The notes beneath the pieces were generated by a model, which was given only the letters and a program-made list of their open reading frames with translations, was not told the origin of the DNA and made no database searches. A DNA stretch of 64,000 nucleotides. It comes from Oculina patagonica (Eukaryota). Shown piece after piece: positions 50,719 to 62,426 of this stretch; positions within the stretch are counted from its first letter, which is position 1, and each line of letters starts with the position of its first letter. Position numbers and translations under genes: made by a program. The DNA is taken from positions 11,532,001 through 11,596,000 of the forward strand of contig NC_135766.1 of NCBI RefSeq assembly GCF_052425735.1, read 5' to 3'.

Positions 50719-51148
50719 CCCAGGGGGGTACTCCAGATTCCAAGTGATGGGGACGATCGAAGCTTTTTTTTCGGGGGGGGGGGGGATTTAAATTTTCGAT
50801 TCCGGGATTTTTTTGGGTAGGAAAGTTTTCGCAAGTATTCTGGGGGGTGGTTTGATTTAAGTAGGGATTTTTGGGGGTATTCAAAACAATCTGAAGATCT
50901 GTGGTAGTGCCCGCGTATCCTGGCCGCATAGTTCTGCGAATATAGTACAAACAAACTTGTGTCCTTTCTGGAAATGTTTAAGGCTTGGAAATTCTGCATG
51001 GAATTTTTTGGGGGGTCAATTTTTGGTCTAGGGCTTTTTGGGGGGTTTTGTTGGAAGCCTGGGGGATTTTTTTTTTAGTTTGATTTTCACCTCCATTCGA
51101 TCATCCCTGTCACTTGAAATCCGTAGTACCCCCCCCCCCCCCCCGGGG
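50719..51148. mobile_element. MITE with CCC-type termini nested in the second Sola3 element
   Basis: gggggtactccagattccaagtgatggggacgatcgaa / ttcgatcatccctgtcacttgaaatccgtagtaccccc inverted repeat. Confidence 0.6.
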
Positions 51149-51436
51149 GCAATGAGCATTTTATTATGTGACCGATTTAAATTTCAAATCGTTTGTATCT
51201 CGCCAAAATCATCTTGCAGCCCCCGAACAGGGTCATAATTTTTTTTGTATCCACTGATGTGAAAGACCCTGACATGGAAATTTTCTTAGTAGTTTTGATG
51301 TAAAAAGCGCTCAGTGCATGGGCTATACGGTCACATAACAACACACTCATGTTGTGTAATCAAGAAAAATACAATGTTTAGATCCAACTAACACTATTTG
51401 TATCACAAATGATTATATATTATAGATAAAATTGCA

Positions 51437-54400
51437 TCACCGATGGTGATATCGAGACCAAAAGCTCTTTATTTGGCTCTCCTTTAACTTGTTTTGTTCC
51501 CCGAGTTTCCGTACCATTTCTTCTTGGCACATTGCAGCCGTATAACGCTTGTTTCTGTCATCGACACCCTTCATATAGCATTCAATCATGATTTGTTTCT
51601 GTTGTTCACTGAAGCGCTTGTTTGTTCTGGCAGGGCGGTTACATTTGTCTGCCTTTCCAGGGATTGCATAGAGCCAGGCCTTCTCGTCTTTGCTGAGTTC
51701 ACATGTTGAACTGACCGGTTGTGGCTGTGTGCTTTTTATTTCAGCAACTATATCTGTGACTAGATTATTGTTTGTATTTGTTTTAGGTGTAGCTTTTCCA
51801 CAAGAACCTTGGTGTTTTTGCAGATTTCCTTTGCGCAGGAAAGACTTGCCACAGTCTATACAAGTGTTACCTCCACGATCAGGTACATTAGTGATGATGC
51901 TTGTTGGCCTAGAACTGCCAGTGTCTTCCTTTTTTTTAGCAGTCGTAGTTTGCCTCTGTGGCAAATCTTTAACAGTAATTGCCTTTTCAAGTGAAAAGTT
52001 ACTGGTTGCTCCTGTGCTTTCGCATTCTAAATGCCCCCAGAGCTTTCTAAGTTTCAAACATTCGTATGTTTTTGTTTCAGACAGCCTTGTTTGATTTCGT
52101 GCAGTAATCTGTTTCAGCTTGTTGTCATTGCCATAAATATACTCAAAATCTGAATATTCTGTGATCCCATTCATTGTCTTTGCTGATTCTGGTTCCTTTA
52201 ACCTATCAATGTTGACACCATAGACATGTGTTCCCCTTAGCCGTCCATTCGTTCCTTTTTCAATTTGTTCCCCTGAGACCACATCGTTCCCTTCTCTTCT
52301 GTATCGTTTCAGAGAAAACTTTAACGTGGCATAGTGCCCATCCAGCTTCGTCTTCCCTTTCTGGGGCTCAAAATTTCGAAAACTAGAGACGTATACTCCT
52401 GTATGCAAAAATATATTTGGCAACCACAGCACAAGTGATGTGTTTTTATAATGTGCCCCATTGTCGGTCCACAAAATTATGTTAGTGATTTCGGGGTGAA
52501 GTTTTTTAAAATTCCTTATGGACTCTTCTAAACAAGTGGCTGAAAAATACCAATTCTGTTTGTCATCTGATTCACTGTATATGTCGTGGAATTCTGTAAA
52601 TACTTCTCCGGAGTCTTCTCTTTTGAAAAAGAACATTGAACCGTATAGCGATACCCCCTTTTTTGCAAACCAATCTTTCTGAGGTTCAAATAGTTTTTGG
52701 AAAAGAAGTTTCATCATATAGTCAGCAACCATAACTGCTTCGCCTGGGACCAGCTTGTTTATGTCTATTAAAAACTGCTCCCTCTGATACTTGCCTCTGA
52801 TAATATGCCCTATGTAACTGTTTAAGTTTTTTTCTATTTGGGTAATTTGGTCCACCACGTTTGGGTCATTAACTGTGTTGCAAATTTCTTTCAGATCCCT
52901 TATTATGTGAAAGATTTGTAGGCAGCTGTGGCACGTTTCTTGGTGGTCCATGATGCTACCACATGGCGGATTGTCAGACAGCCAAAGGCTAGCGCAGTGG
53001 GTTGCACAGTTGCTGTGGGTTCTCAAATTAGCTTGAAATTCGGACAGCAGGTAACCTTTCAATGTCTTAGCTCTAGTTATTAAGGCTGGAGTTGTATCCG
53101 GTTTCTGATTGCTCCGCAAAGTTTCTCCCAGTTGGGTTAACAGTTGGCCCAGTTGAATGAAATTCTCAGCCCCAAGCTCCGTGCAAATGTTACATAGGCC
53201 TGCTTTTTCTGCCATGATTTTAAAATTACCTGCAGAAATGCCCTTAAAAAATGTGCTGAAACTGATGGCTTTGATCTTTAACTGTTGCCATTCTTGTTTG
53301 TAACGATCGTATAATGCAGATTTGTTTTGTTTCAACCACAGGACAGGTTGATTTCCACCTCCTAACAATTCACTAACCCATGACTTTTGTTTCCCTTCAC
53401 AGGAGGCAGTTTTGTACGACGAGTATTCCACACTGTCAGGATGGTGAATAAATTCCAGCACAAAAGCTATGGTTTCTGGTGGAAGTTTCTGACAAGGTCT
53501 CCGATTCACTTTAGGCACTGAAGCTCCTGGACCGCACACCTTGCTATGAAGTCTAGCTTTTGTTATCTCGTAGTCAGTGCAAAATACCTCTTCTCCTCGA
53601 CTGTTTGTATATTTAAAAATCTCCTTAAGTTCCTTATTTGTATACTGTTGTGCAACACAGCTTAAAAGTTCAACTCGTTTGGGGCTTCCAGGCTTCTCTC
53701 TGGAATAACTGAGTGCTAATCCTTCCACAATGTTAGCATTTCCATGCTTCTTTTTATCCTGCATAAAATGTTGAATTATTTTTAAGTTTCAAGGAGATAC
53801 TACAAGTAAAATGCTTCCATGTACTTTTCAAGTTCGAAAGCTCTACCAGTCTAAATCATAATCTTGGTTTTCACTGCCATGACAAGAAACAATAAAATGG
53901 AATCCACTGAACGAAAAAAGTCGAATTTGAAATGAAACAGAAAATTAATAATGATAATTGAACTGCGTGGAATGCAATTTGGACAACACGAAGTTCAATT
54001 ACCACTTTATTACAACCTTTTTGAAATCGCACAATTTAATCTCGCAAATACAGGATTTTAGTCAGTATAAAATGCTAAATATTGATCCAGTAACAGGTTT
54101 TTAAAATTGTTCCTTTCTCATTGGCTGCAGTAGAGATGCAATTTAGAGCACAAAGTGGTGCAAATAATTATTTGTGAATAAATCGCACTGCTGAGATCCA
54201 ATCAGATTGCAAGGATCACCAGTGATTTCAAAATGGATGTAATAAAATTTAATATAGAAATAACTTGTCTAAGTCTCAAGTCTGTGCGGTATTCCATTCT
54301 TGACTTATTTGTTGTCAGCAAGCTGTTTTGTCTCTTGTTTTGCAAGATATCTATTAGCGGAGTGTTCCAATGCAAAATGAACATTTTACAGGGGCTTTAA

Positions 54401-55349
54401 TCCCAGATACGAGGCATTTGAAGTAAGGCGAGCAGCTGGGGGCTGGGTAGAGTTATTCATTCAATTGAATAAGAAACACATTATCACATTTTTAGTTGAA
54501 TATATATCAAGTTCCAACCTTTCAAATATGGATCAGCATCCTTACAATCCTCTCTAACAATGTATGACCCTCCCCGAAACCCGGCCCTTCCTAACTCTTG
54601 GATTTTGATACAGTCATAACTATTTGAAAGCTCAGGCCTTGAAAAAGTTACTAATTTTAACATGACCTTTGTTGTGATGATTATTTCTCAATTTAATTGA
54701 ATATAAAACTCTACCTGGTCCCTTGCTCAACCTCAAAACAGCCAATAGATCATTTACTGGAAGCATTTTTTAAAACTACCTGCTGTTCCTTTTCAAATTC
54801 CTCTTCCAGAATCTCCTTGCAAATTTCTTCATAGGAGGCACCCATCTTCTCGACATCTGCTTTCAGTTCATTCATTTTTTGTCTTGTGCACATTTTGAGT
54901 TTTTTCTTAATTCTTCGCTTCGTTCGTTTCGATGCATTTGCAAAAGACGATGGAGGTCGTCCAACTGAATCAGTTTTCACCGAACTGCTTGGTGATAAAA
55001 TGCTGTTCTGAGTGCTGTTTTTGTTGCTGCTTGATAACCTGTGGAGCCTAACGTAACATGCTGCACAGCACCTTAAGTTTGCAGACAAGGCCACACTGTC
55101 AAACTCGTTTTGTACCAAGGCATTTCGTATGTCAGTGGGCAATTCACCCACTGACTGTGGCACAGACTTTAAATGTTTTATCTTATACTGGGGTGTTTTG
55201 CATTTTGATGCCGAACATCTCAAGCGACTTGTGTCATTCCTGCATTCCTGGCAAGTTCTTCCAATGGTTTTGTTCTTATTATCCTTGATGGGACGAGATT
55301 CACTTTTTGTGACATTTTTTAAACAGTTTATGCAAGTTACTGAAGACAT
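51437..55349 (-). CDS. Sola3-type DDD transposase, 2 exons (55349-54780, 53758-51437), about 963 aa
   Basis: Phase-0 GT-AG intron; motifs ADYMMK, DWFAKKG, WTDNGAHY, GKTKLDG; N-terminal Cys clusters; C-terminal CIDC...H...C finger and RFSEQQK...QIKSFW helices. Confidence 0.85.
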
Positions 55350-58300
55350 AGTACAATCTCAGCACGATTTTGAACTGAATTGACGGAAGTTAATAAATTC
55401 TTGACAAACAAGTGCTGTGATAAATGAAACTAGCTATAACAAAACAAAAAGCCTAAAACTCTCAAATACTAGACTACTAAAACTGACTCGAGGTGAAAAC
55501 ACCACTCAGGAAATATTTAGCCAGGGAGCTCACTCGCCATTGGCGGTTTTCAGTGAGTCCCTGAAGATAATAATAAATTACAAAAAATAATACCCAATTT
55601 ACAATCCTAGTTATAAGACCTCGATAAAATATTTTTATAAAACCCACTCAAAAGTCCCAAATTATTCAAAAAAAGGTTACAATTGCAATAGAAAAATTAT
55701 AAGGAACAAACTTCACTAATTTTAGAATTACTTGACAAAACAAGTACTCAAAAAAATCTACTGGTGTAAATTTGCAGAAACTAAGATTAGAACCTGTAAT
55801 AAAACAGCAAGCCTGACACAAAAATTCTCAAATAAGACCCGACAAAACTACACTCGAGAAACTAATAAACAAACAATTACGTGACAAAACGCACTCTTAA
55901 ATAATCTACTCGGGTGTAAATTTCCAAACTATGGAACTGGCCAAAAACAACCAGCCAAGAAAAATCCAATGAATACAAAAATTAGAAAGCAAATACTTGG
56001 CTACTAAAAACAGAACCCAACAAAAACGCTACTCGGGAATTAAACGGCAAAATTCACAACAAATAGAAAGCGGAAAAATTGCCAATAAATTTCGAACAAA
56101 TACAATTCCAAAAAATTACCGTATGAAACTGACACTTGCAAATAACTTTGAATGAAAACAAACGAGCTGAGATTGTAACTATCAACAGCTTTGCCTTTTG
56201 CGAAGTTGCAAAAAAAGTTTCCGTTCTCAGGTAGCCGGCCGGCGCCGGCTAAGGCGGGAAAATGGTTGGCAGCCGGCGTGTCTTTCCCGCCATACAAGCA
56301 AGCCAAAGCTACATGAATTTTACAGTGCTCAACTTCGAATATAAGATCAAAGACAAGACAAAGAATATATGTAAACAACTGTTCATTATTTAATTGTAAA
56401 ACAACAAACATTCCTAGCTTACAATAAACATTTGTAAACGTCATTATTTCTGGAAATCCAATCTCAAAATCCGATCTAAACGAACGATTAAAAATCTGCC
56501 GACAGACACAATTTCCTTCGCCTACAGGCCATACTGCTTAGAACCGAAAATACGGTACAAATACACTGGACTCACCGCTTCTAAAGCTTCGTCGAAGCTT
56601 CCCAGATCTTCCTCCCGACGTAACCGAGTAAAACTTCGAATAAAATCGTTCATAACTCGCCCACTTTCAACAAAAACATCACAAAACCGCTCTCCCTTCT
56701 CATCGAACAACATGGACGCGCGTTCTGATCGAAAGTGAAATGCGCGCGCAAGTTCTTATGGGATTTTTGACCGCTGGCCTCTTGCATTGCTCGAAGTTCA
56801 AAAAAATCTCGTCTTAATATCAATTAATTAATTATTCCTTGTGGAGGGGGTGGGGGTGGGGAGCACCTGACCGTACCCCTAGGTAAAACCTGGAGCACAT
56901 CTACGTTACTTTCATATGAAGATCTCAAACGTATATATTTGTTTCAGAAAACCCTTTGCTCTCCTTGTGGTACTACTCAACGTAATTTACACCAAACGCA
57001 TGCGCAGATTAGTCTACGTTGTTTTCTGGAACTATCATGAACATCGCTTGTATTGCGTGTCTGCGGTAGGCTTCCTGCAGACTTCTTGGCGCCAAGTAAA
57101 AACCGCAAATTAATTAAATTAGATTTGGAGACTTTCACAGCGCTTTCGTAATTAGGTATGCAAAAACTTGCACCGGGATTTTCGGCGTGAACACCTGATA
57201 ACCAGGAAACAAATATCCTAGCTGTACTGCGTTTTAAAAAACCTGTCGAAAAATATGTTTTTTGATTAGATTTGTTTCTTTAGGTTTTGAGAATCGTCTT
57301 TCGTGCAGTCTAAACCGTAACTTAATTAAATTAAACAAATGTCATCGATGCCGCCGTAAAACAAACAAAAAACAAAAGTTTCATGTTATCGCATTTTCAA
57401 GGAAGACAAAAGTATTTTGTTACAAACGAACAAAAGTGTCGTGTTATGTTTGCAAAGATTAGCGTAAGGAACACCTGGGAAAGAATACTAGTAGCCTGTG
57501 AACAGTTTTTCCGAACGTAAAGTAAAGCAAATAAACACGAACATATATAAAACATCATACTTTCAATTGTTCCATATTGCATTCTGCACTTACCAAATCA
57601 TCGAGATTTTCTTTTCTTCTTTCCTCACTATTACGGACACCTTTGGGACCACGATTTGGTGTCCGCAATAGAAAAGTCCGCAGTAGCGGGAGTTATTTTC
57701 AGTAATTCTCATTCGCTGGGACTTAAACTCCTGTCCGTAATAACGGGGTGTCCGCAAGGCGGGAGTTGACTGTAGTCGGAAAGCTGGGTTCTTATATTCA
57801 TCTCACGCTGGCATGTTTCTTCTCCCGCCTGGGTACAACTACTACATAGGGCGAGGAAAGGAAAGATAGGAGGCGTAAGTCACTTTATAGAGGCTTTATT
57901 TCCAACATGTACTACAGATCAGCGGCGAGAGCTTACGAACGAGAATAAAGAACTGATTCTCATCGCGAATCGATACTAGTGTGTTGCCTCAAAAACAAAC
58001 TATGAAATAGTTAAAATATTTACATTTGTTATAAATAGATACATGTATATATAAAGAGAGAAATAATACATAAGCTATATACAATATACGTACAATAAAA
58101 TTTGTACAAGAGAAACTTTTACTTCTTTAAGAAGATAACCTAAAATGTAAATTAATGTTAATTCTTATGGCTTTGCCTAAAATAAAAACACATTGTTCCC
58201 TTAAACTCGTTCACGTATTTCTTTTGGTAGTTGACTTGAAAATGTGATAATACAGCGGGTTGTAAAATTGCGGCTTCCTTCACTTTTAACTACATATTTT

Positions 58301-58755
58301 GGGCGGAACTAAGTTACGCTGACAACTGTGGATTCAGTGAGGGGAATGTCAGCGCTTATAGTTGAACATTTATTTACATGCATGAACTACAAAAATTGGG
58401 ACAGACACCGGATTTTTAAGTGGTTATAAATGTCAATAATGGATCGGAGGATTTACAGATCCGATCCTTAATGACGATTCACGTTTTTAACACATGAACA
58501 GTTCGAGCAAAACGGTGTGATTATAAAATCACTCTTCCTGCCACTAAACACTGACGGCCAGGTTTCTTTTGAAGTGCAAGACAAAACCGCGAGAAAAGGC
58601 CATACAGCATGTTTTACTTGCTTTATCATAAGACCGTCTGAGTGAGTATACGTATAAAAAGACGATCAATTACAATCTACCATTACTAACTTTTAGCTCA
58701 TTTTCCTATTTACCTAAATAAGCCAGTTTACAAGAAAGATCTGTGAAAGATGGAC

Positions 58756-61700
58756 TTAACAGTTATGGTCCACCAAACAAAACTTTTCCGCAAGATCTTT
58801 ACGATCCACTAAAGGATGACACAAGGCGTCATGTAAAACTTGGAAAGTTGCACCTGTTGCACCTTTAGCTTGTTTCCATTTCAATAACATTTTAAATGCC
58901 TTTTCACAGCATTCCTCATTATCTTTATGAATTGCATCTAGCGCTGCTTCATCGTTTTCCAATAACCGACGCCCAAACACTTTCCATTCCTTGACGACTT
59001 CCTTTGCCAGTCTTTCCAGGTCATCATTTTCAGGTGTGCCTCCTTTAACTGAAACCAAAAGAACACAATTAAAGTCCTACGTTATAAAATTTGAGTTGAC
59101 ATGATTTGCTAAGGAGGTCAAGGAGTGAGGGATAGCAAAAGGTTTTTTTTGTGAGCGTAATTGAATATCTCTTGGCGTGAACTGGCATACGTGAAATGAT
59201 TGGGGTTTTTTATGCACTCGCGAAACGTCATCTGTTAAATTGGCTTTGAGTAGTGGTTTACCGTAATTATTATTTTACGTCGAAAAAAAAATTACTTAAG
59301 TAAATTTATCTGGTCGAATGACTGAGAACAATCACGATGCCACTGCCCAGGAGTATTGCAGGGTCGTTCAGTTCACCAGGTAAGACTACCAATGAGCAGT
59401 CGCGTTTTGGACAATGCACGTGCAGTGCATACAATTAACCTTTTGCCAGGCGCACCGTGTTGCATGTGGAACATGAGTGAAGAATGCTTGGGTTTAGACG
59501 TTTTCTTCATATCATCCCATGAGACGTAATATTTAGTTAACTGGAAATACACGTAATCTCTGTTGAGCTTGTTAAATAAATCTCTGCCGCAGCAGCCATT
59601 TTAACAAGGGAAAATTATACTGGGGACATCACGTTTACCTGGGGTGGTGTAACCACGGATACTGCTACTGCTACTATTACTATTTTTGTTGTTGTTTATA
59701 TTACCTGCACGGTGCGCAGACGTGTGTTTGGAACGTTTTGTGCAGGTACATGATGGCGATTCTCTCTTTCGTTTTACAGAAGAACCTCAAAAGGAAAACA
59801 GGAGTTAATATAAGAGACAACTGAAATTCTCAGTTTTTATAGAAAAACATGAAACTTGAGGTGATTTGAGGAGCAAGAGTGATTAGTTTCACTCGTGCTG
59901 TCAGCGTCCGTTGGCGTGCTAGCGTTGGTAATACCTCAGGCTATTTAGCTTGTGGGCAGGGTCTAAACGGTTTCCTTTTGCGACTTATGCGTACGTCATC
60001 GCACGTGCTTTCTGCGTGCTCTGTCTTTCTTTACAGCATTCCCCTTCCCTCCCCTCTCTGAGGCAGCGTTCTCTCCCCGGTTCCGGGGATTATAGGTTTT
60101 ATTTTACTGTGTTTATATATTTTTTGACATTGTGATTGTTAGCACACTCACTAGTATTTCCACTGATCCTTGCAAGCCTACGGGGATGATGGCCGGGTAA
60201 AGGTTGAGGGCAGACCAATGGGGTGTTACATGTATGTTCTACTACGCTGGGCTGGTTTTGCAATCGTAGCCACTAAGCTTAAAATTCATGTCCAGTGCAG
60301 AAAACTGTACCAACGTGTATTTAATAAAATCACCAAAGTTGGGCGATTTCTCTATCAAAAATGTTGGCTCTACATCTTGGATTCAGATTATTTTAAATCA
60401 ATGACAAAATTTACCTTGATTATGTGTAGTCTGCGCACTGATTTCGTTTGACGATTTGGTACTTGAGCCTGAAGGTAATTGCTTTTGCTTTGCAGTAGAA
60501 TGTGTACAGTTGTTAGAAGTTCCTAAAAGAATTGGAAAACAATATTAGGACAAAGCTGACATCATTAGACAGAAGAACATGATGCGGTAAAGAAAATAAA
60601 CAGCCCGTTAAGCTGACTTGTGGAATAGAGTTCTTTGAATTTCAATTTTCCGAGGTCATTTAAAATTTGACTCAGACTAATGACTTATTGACTTGTTTAA
60701 CTCATAAAAACTTTATTACTTAGCTTAGCACTATAAGGAGGGGGCTTTGCGTCTTTTCATTTTCCAAAGTTTTGCCTTCAAGAGTGTCCTTAAGCCTCAT
60801 TAAACTTACTAGTGGAATAAACATTTTTTAGAGCCTTCAAGTCCACGTAGAGTTTTTCCTCCTCAGGGCGGGATTGTTGTAGTAAGCCCCACTGAAAAAG
60901 CATTGACTACTTGGCCTGGAAAATGAATTGAATCCATGTTGGACTAAACAGTGCACGTTTCTTGGACTTAAAACACATTTGTACCATGTTCTCGTCTAAA
61001 ATTAAACCAGCAGCGTTAACAGCAATTTTCACAGATTCAGTTGATGTATAACATGCTGCAATTAAGATGATCACATGTTATGTACATGTTAATAGCCAGC
61101 TCACATGGGGGTGGAACGTTTACTTAATGCAAACGAGGGTACATGTAATTGTGTTCCTGTTCACTGCAGCATATTAGTTAAAAATCCACAAAATATGAAA
61201 AAAATCATACCACAAACCACAGTGAACATTTCTTTAATCAGATCCTCACAAGGTTTCTCCCAGCTGTACTTTTCATCATAATGCGAGCGCAGTAGTGCAG
61301 CCTGCTCGAGCCTTGTCTTTCTGTCTGTTTCTCGCACCTTCTTGATTGCCTTGGCCCACACCTTGGCATCATCAGAATCCACAGTGGATTTCCATGATGT
61401 ACCAGTCTCGACCTCTCTTAGAGCTTCACCACACTCTGAATCTTCGTGCACCAGGATAGGCAGACCAGCAGATAAGGCTGCAAGAGCCATTCCAAATCCC
61501 TGTTTACTTGAGGGCATGATGGCAAGGTCTGCTTTACAGAACAAGCGTTTCAAGTCTTCTACACATCTTGGAAAGCTTTGAATGGTTAATTGACGTTGTG
61601 CAACACCACAGTGATAGAATTTTTCAGCAAACTGCACTTGTTTTGCTTTTGACACACAAACAAACAGAAGGACATATGATTTGTCTTTCAACTCTGCCAC

Positions 61701-62426
61701 TGCATTAGCAGCAGTGTGAAGTCCCTCTTCGTAGAAATTCTCAGGGTCAAAACCACCACTTATCAACACACGAAACTTTCTTCTGTCAGCAATAGCATGG
61801 CTTACATCAGAAAGGTCACTGAGTATACCTGGAGGAAGTTCAAACACTTTCTTCCTGTAGAAACGGAGAGACGCAGAAAGTTCATCAGCCATCTTGGGTC
61901 CGATGGCAACTGGAATATCAGCCATTCGACTAAGTTGGACAGTAGTCATTATTTGAGAACTGCTGTTAGTGATGCTGGCCAATTTCTCAAGGCAGTGTTG
62001 GCCTTCAAAGAGCATCTCTTCCAGCGGGTTAGAAGCAACAAAAACACTCTTGCAATGGTGACGTTCCTTGAACAATTGTGCAATTTTTCCAAGCCTCTCA
62101 CCTACACCAACTACAATGTCAGTCGTAAGGTCTTGTGGTGGGAAGATCAACCAATCAACAGGGTCATCAAAACCTGGCTGTTCCTTTGCTTCAACAATGG
62201 TAATACCATAACTGGCAGCTTCTCTCTTGTCCTTTTCACTACACGAATCTTCTTCTGGAACAAACAAAGTGACTCTCATCCAAGGGATTTTTGCCAATTT
62301 AATGGCAAAGTCAATGGCAAAAGTTGATTGGGATGACGAGTAGGGAACAGCAACGTGCAGTGGACCGCTGGAGGAAAAACTTCCACTTTTGTCTACTGTA
62401 CATTTTGAGCTGTTATCAGAGCAACA
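58756..62426 (-). CDS. GT4-fold + DEATH-domain fusion protein, paralog B; exons 62426-61211, 60468-60415 and 59048-58756, first exon not located
   Basis: The GT exon is homologous to 27650-28892 with the same intron phases. A 54-nt phase-1/phase-1 linker exon (GSSTKSSNEISAQTTHNQ) follows. The terminal exon LERLAKEVVKEWKVFGRRLL...AFKMLLKWKQ...ATFQVLHDALCHPLVDRKDLAE is a DEATH fold. Confidence 0.82.

Larger units (their letters stand above)
47784..56813 (-). mobile_element. Full-length Sola3-type DNA transposon with short TIRs, 9.0 kb
   Basis: Perfect 27-bp TIR gacgagatttttttgaacttcgagcaa; TTAA TSD at 47780-47783 and 56814-56817; internal DDD transposase. Confidence 0.85.

Noticed and set aside
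61716-62327. 203-aa plus-strand ORF
   Set aside because: It is the antisense shadow of the GT4 exon and has no motif of its own.
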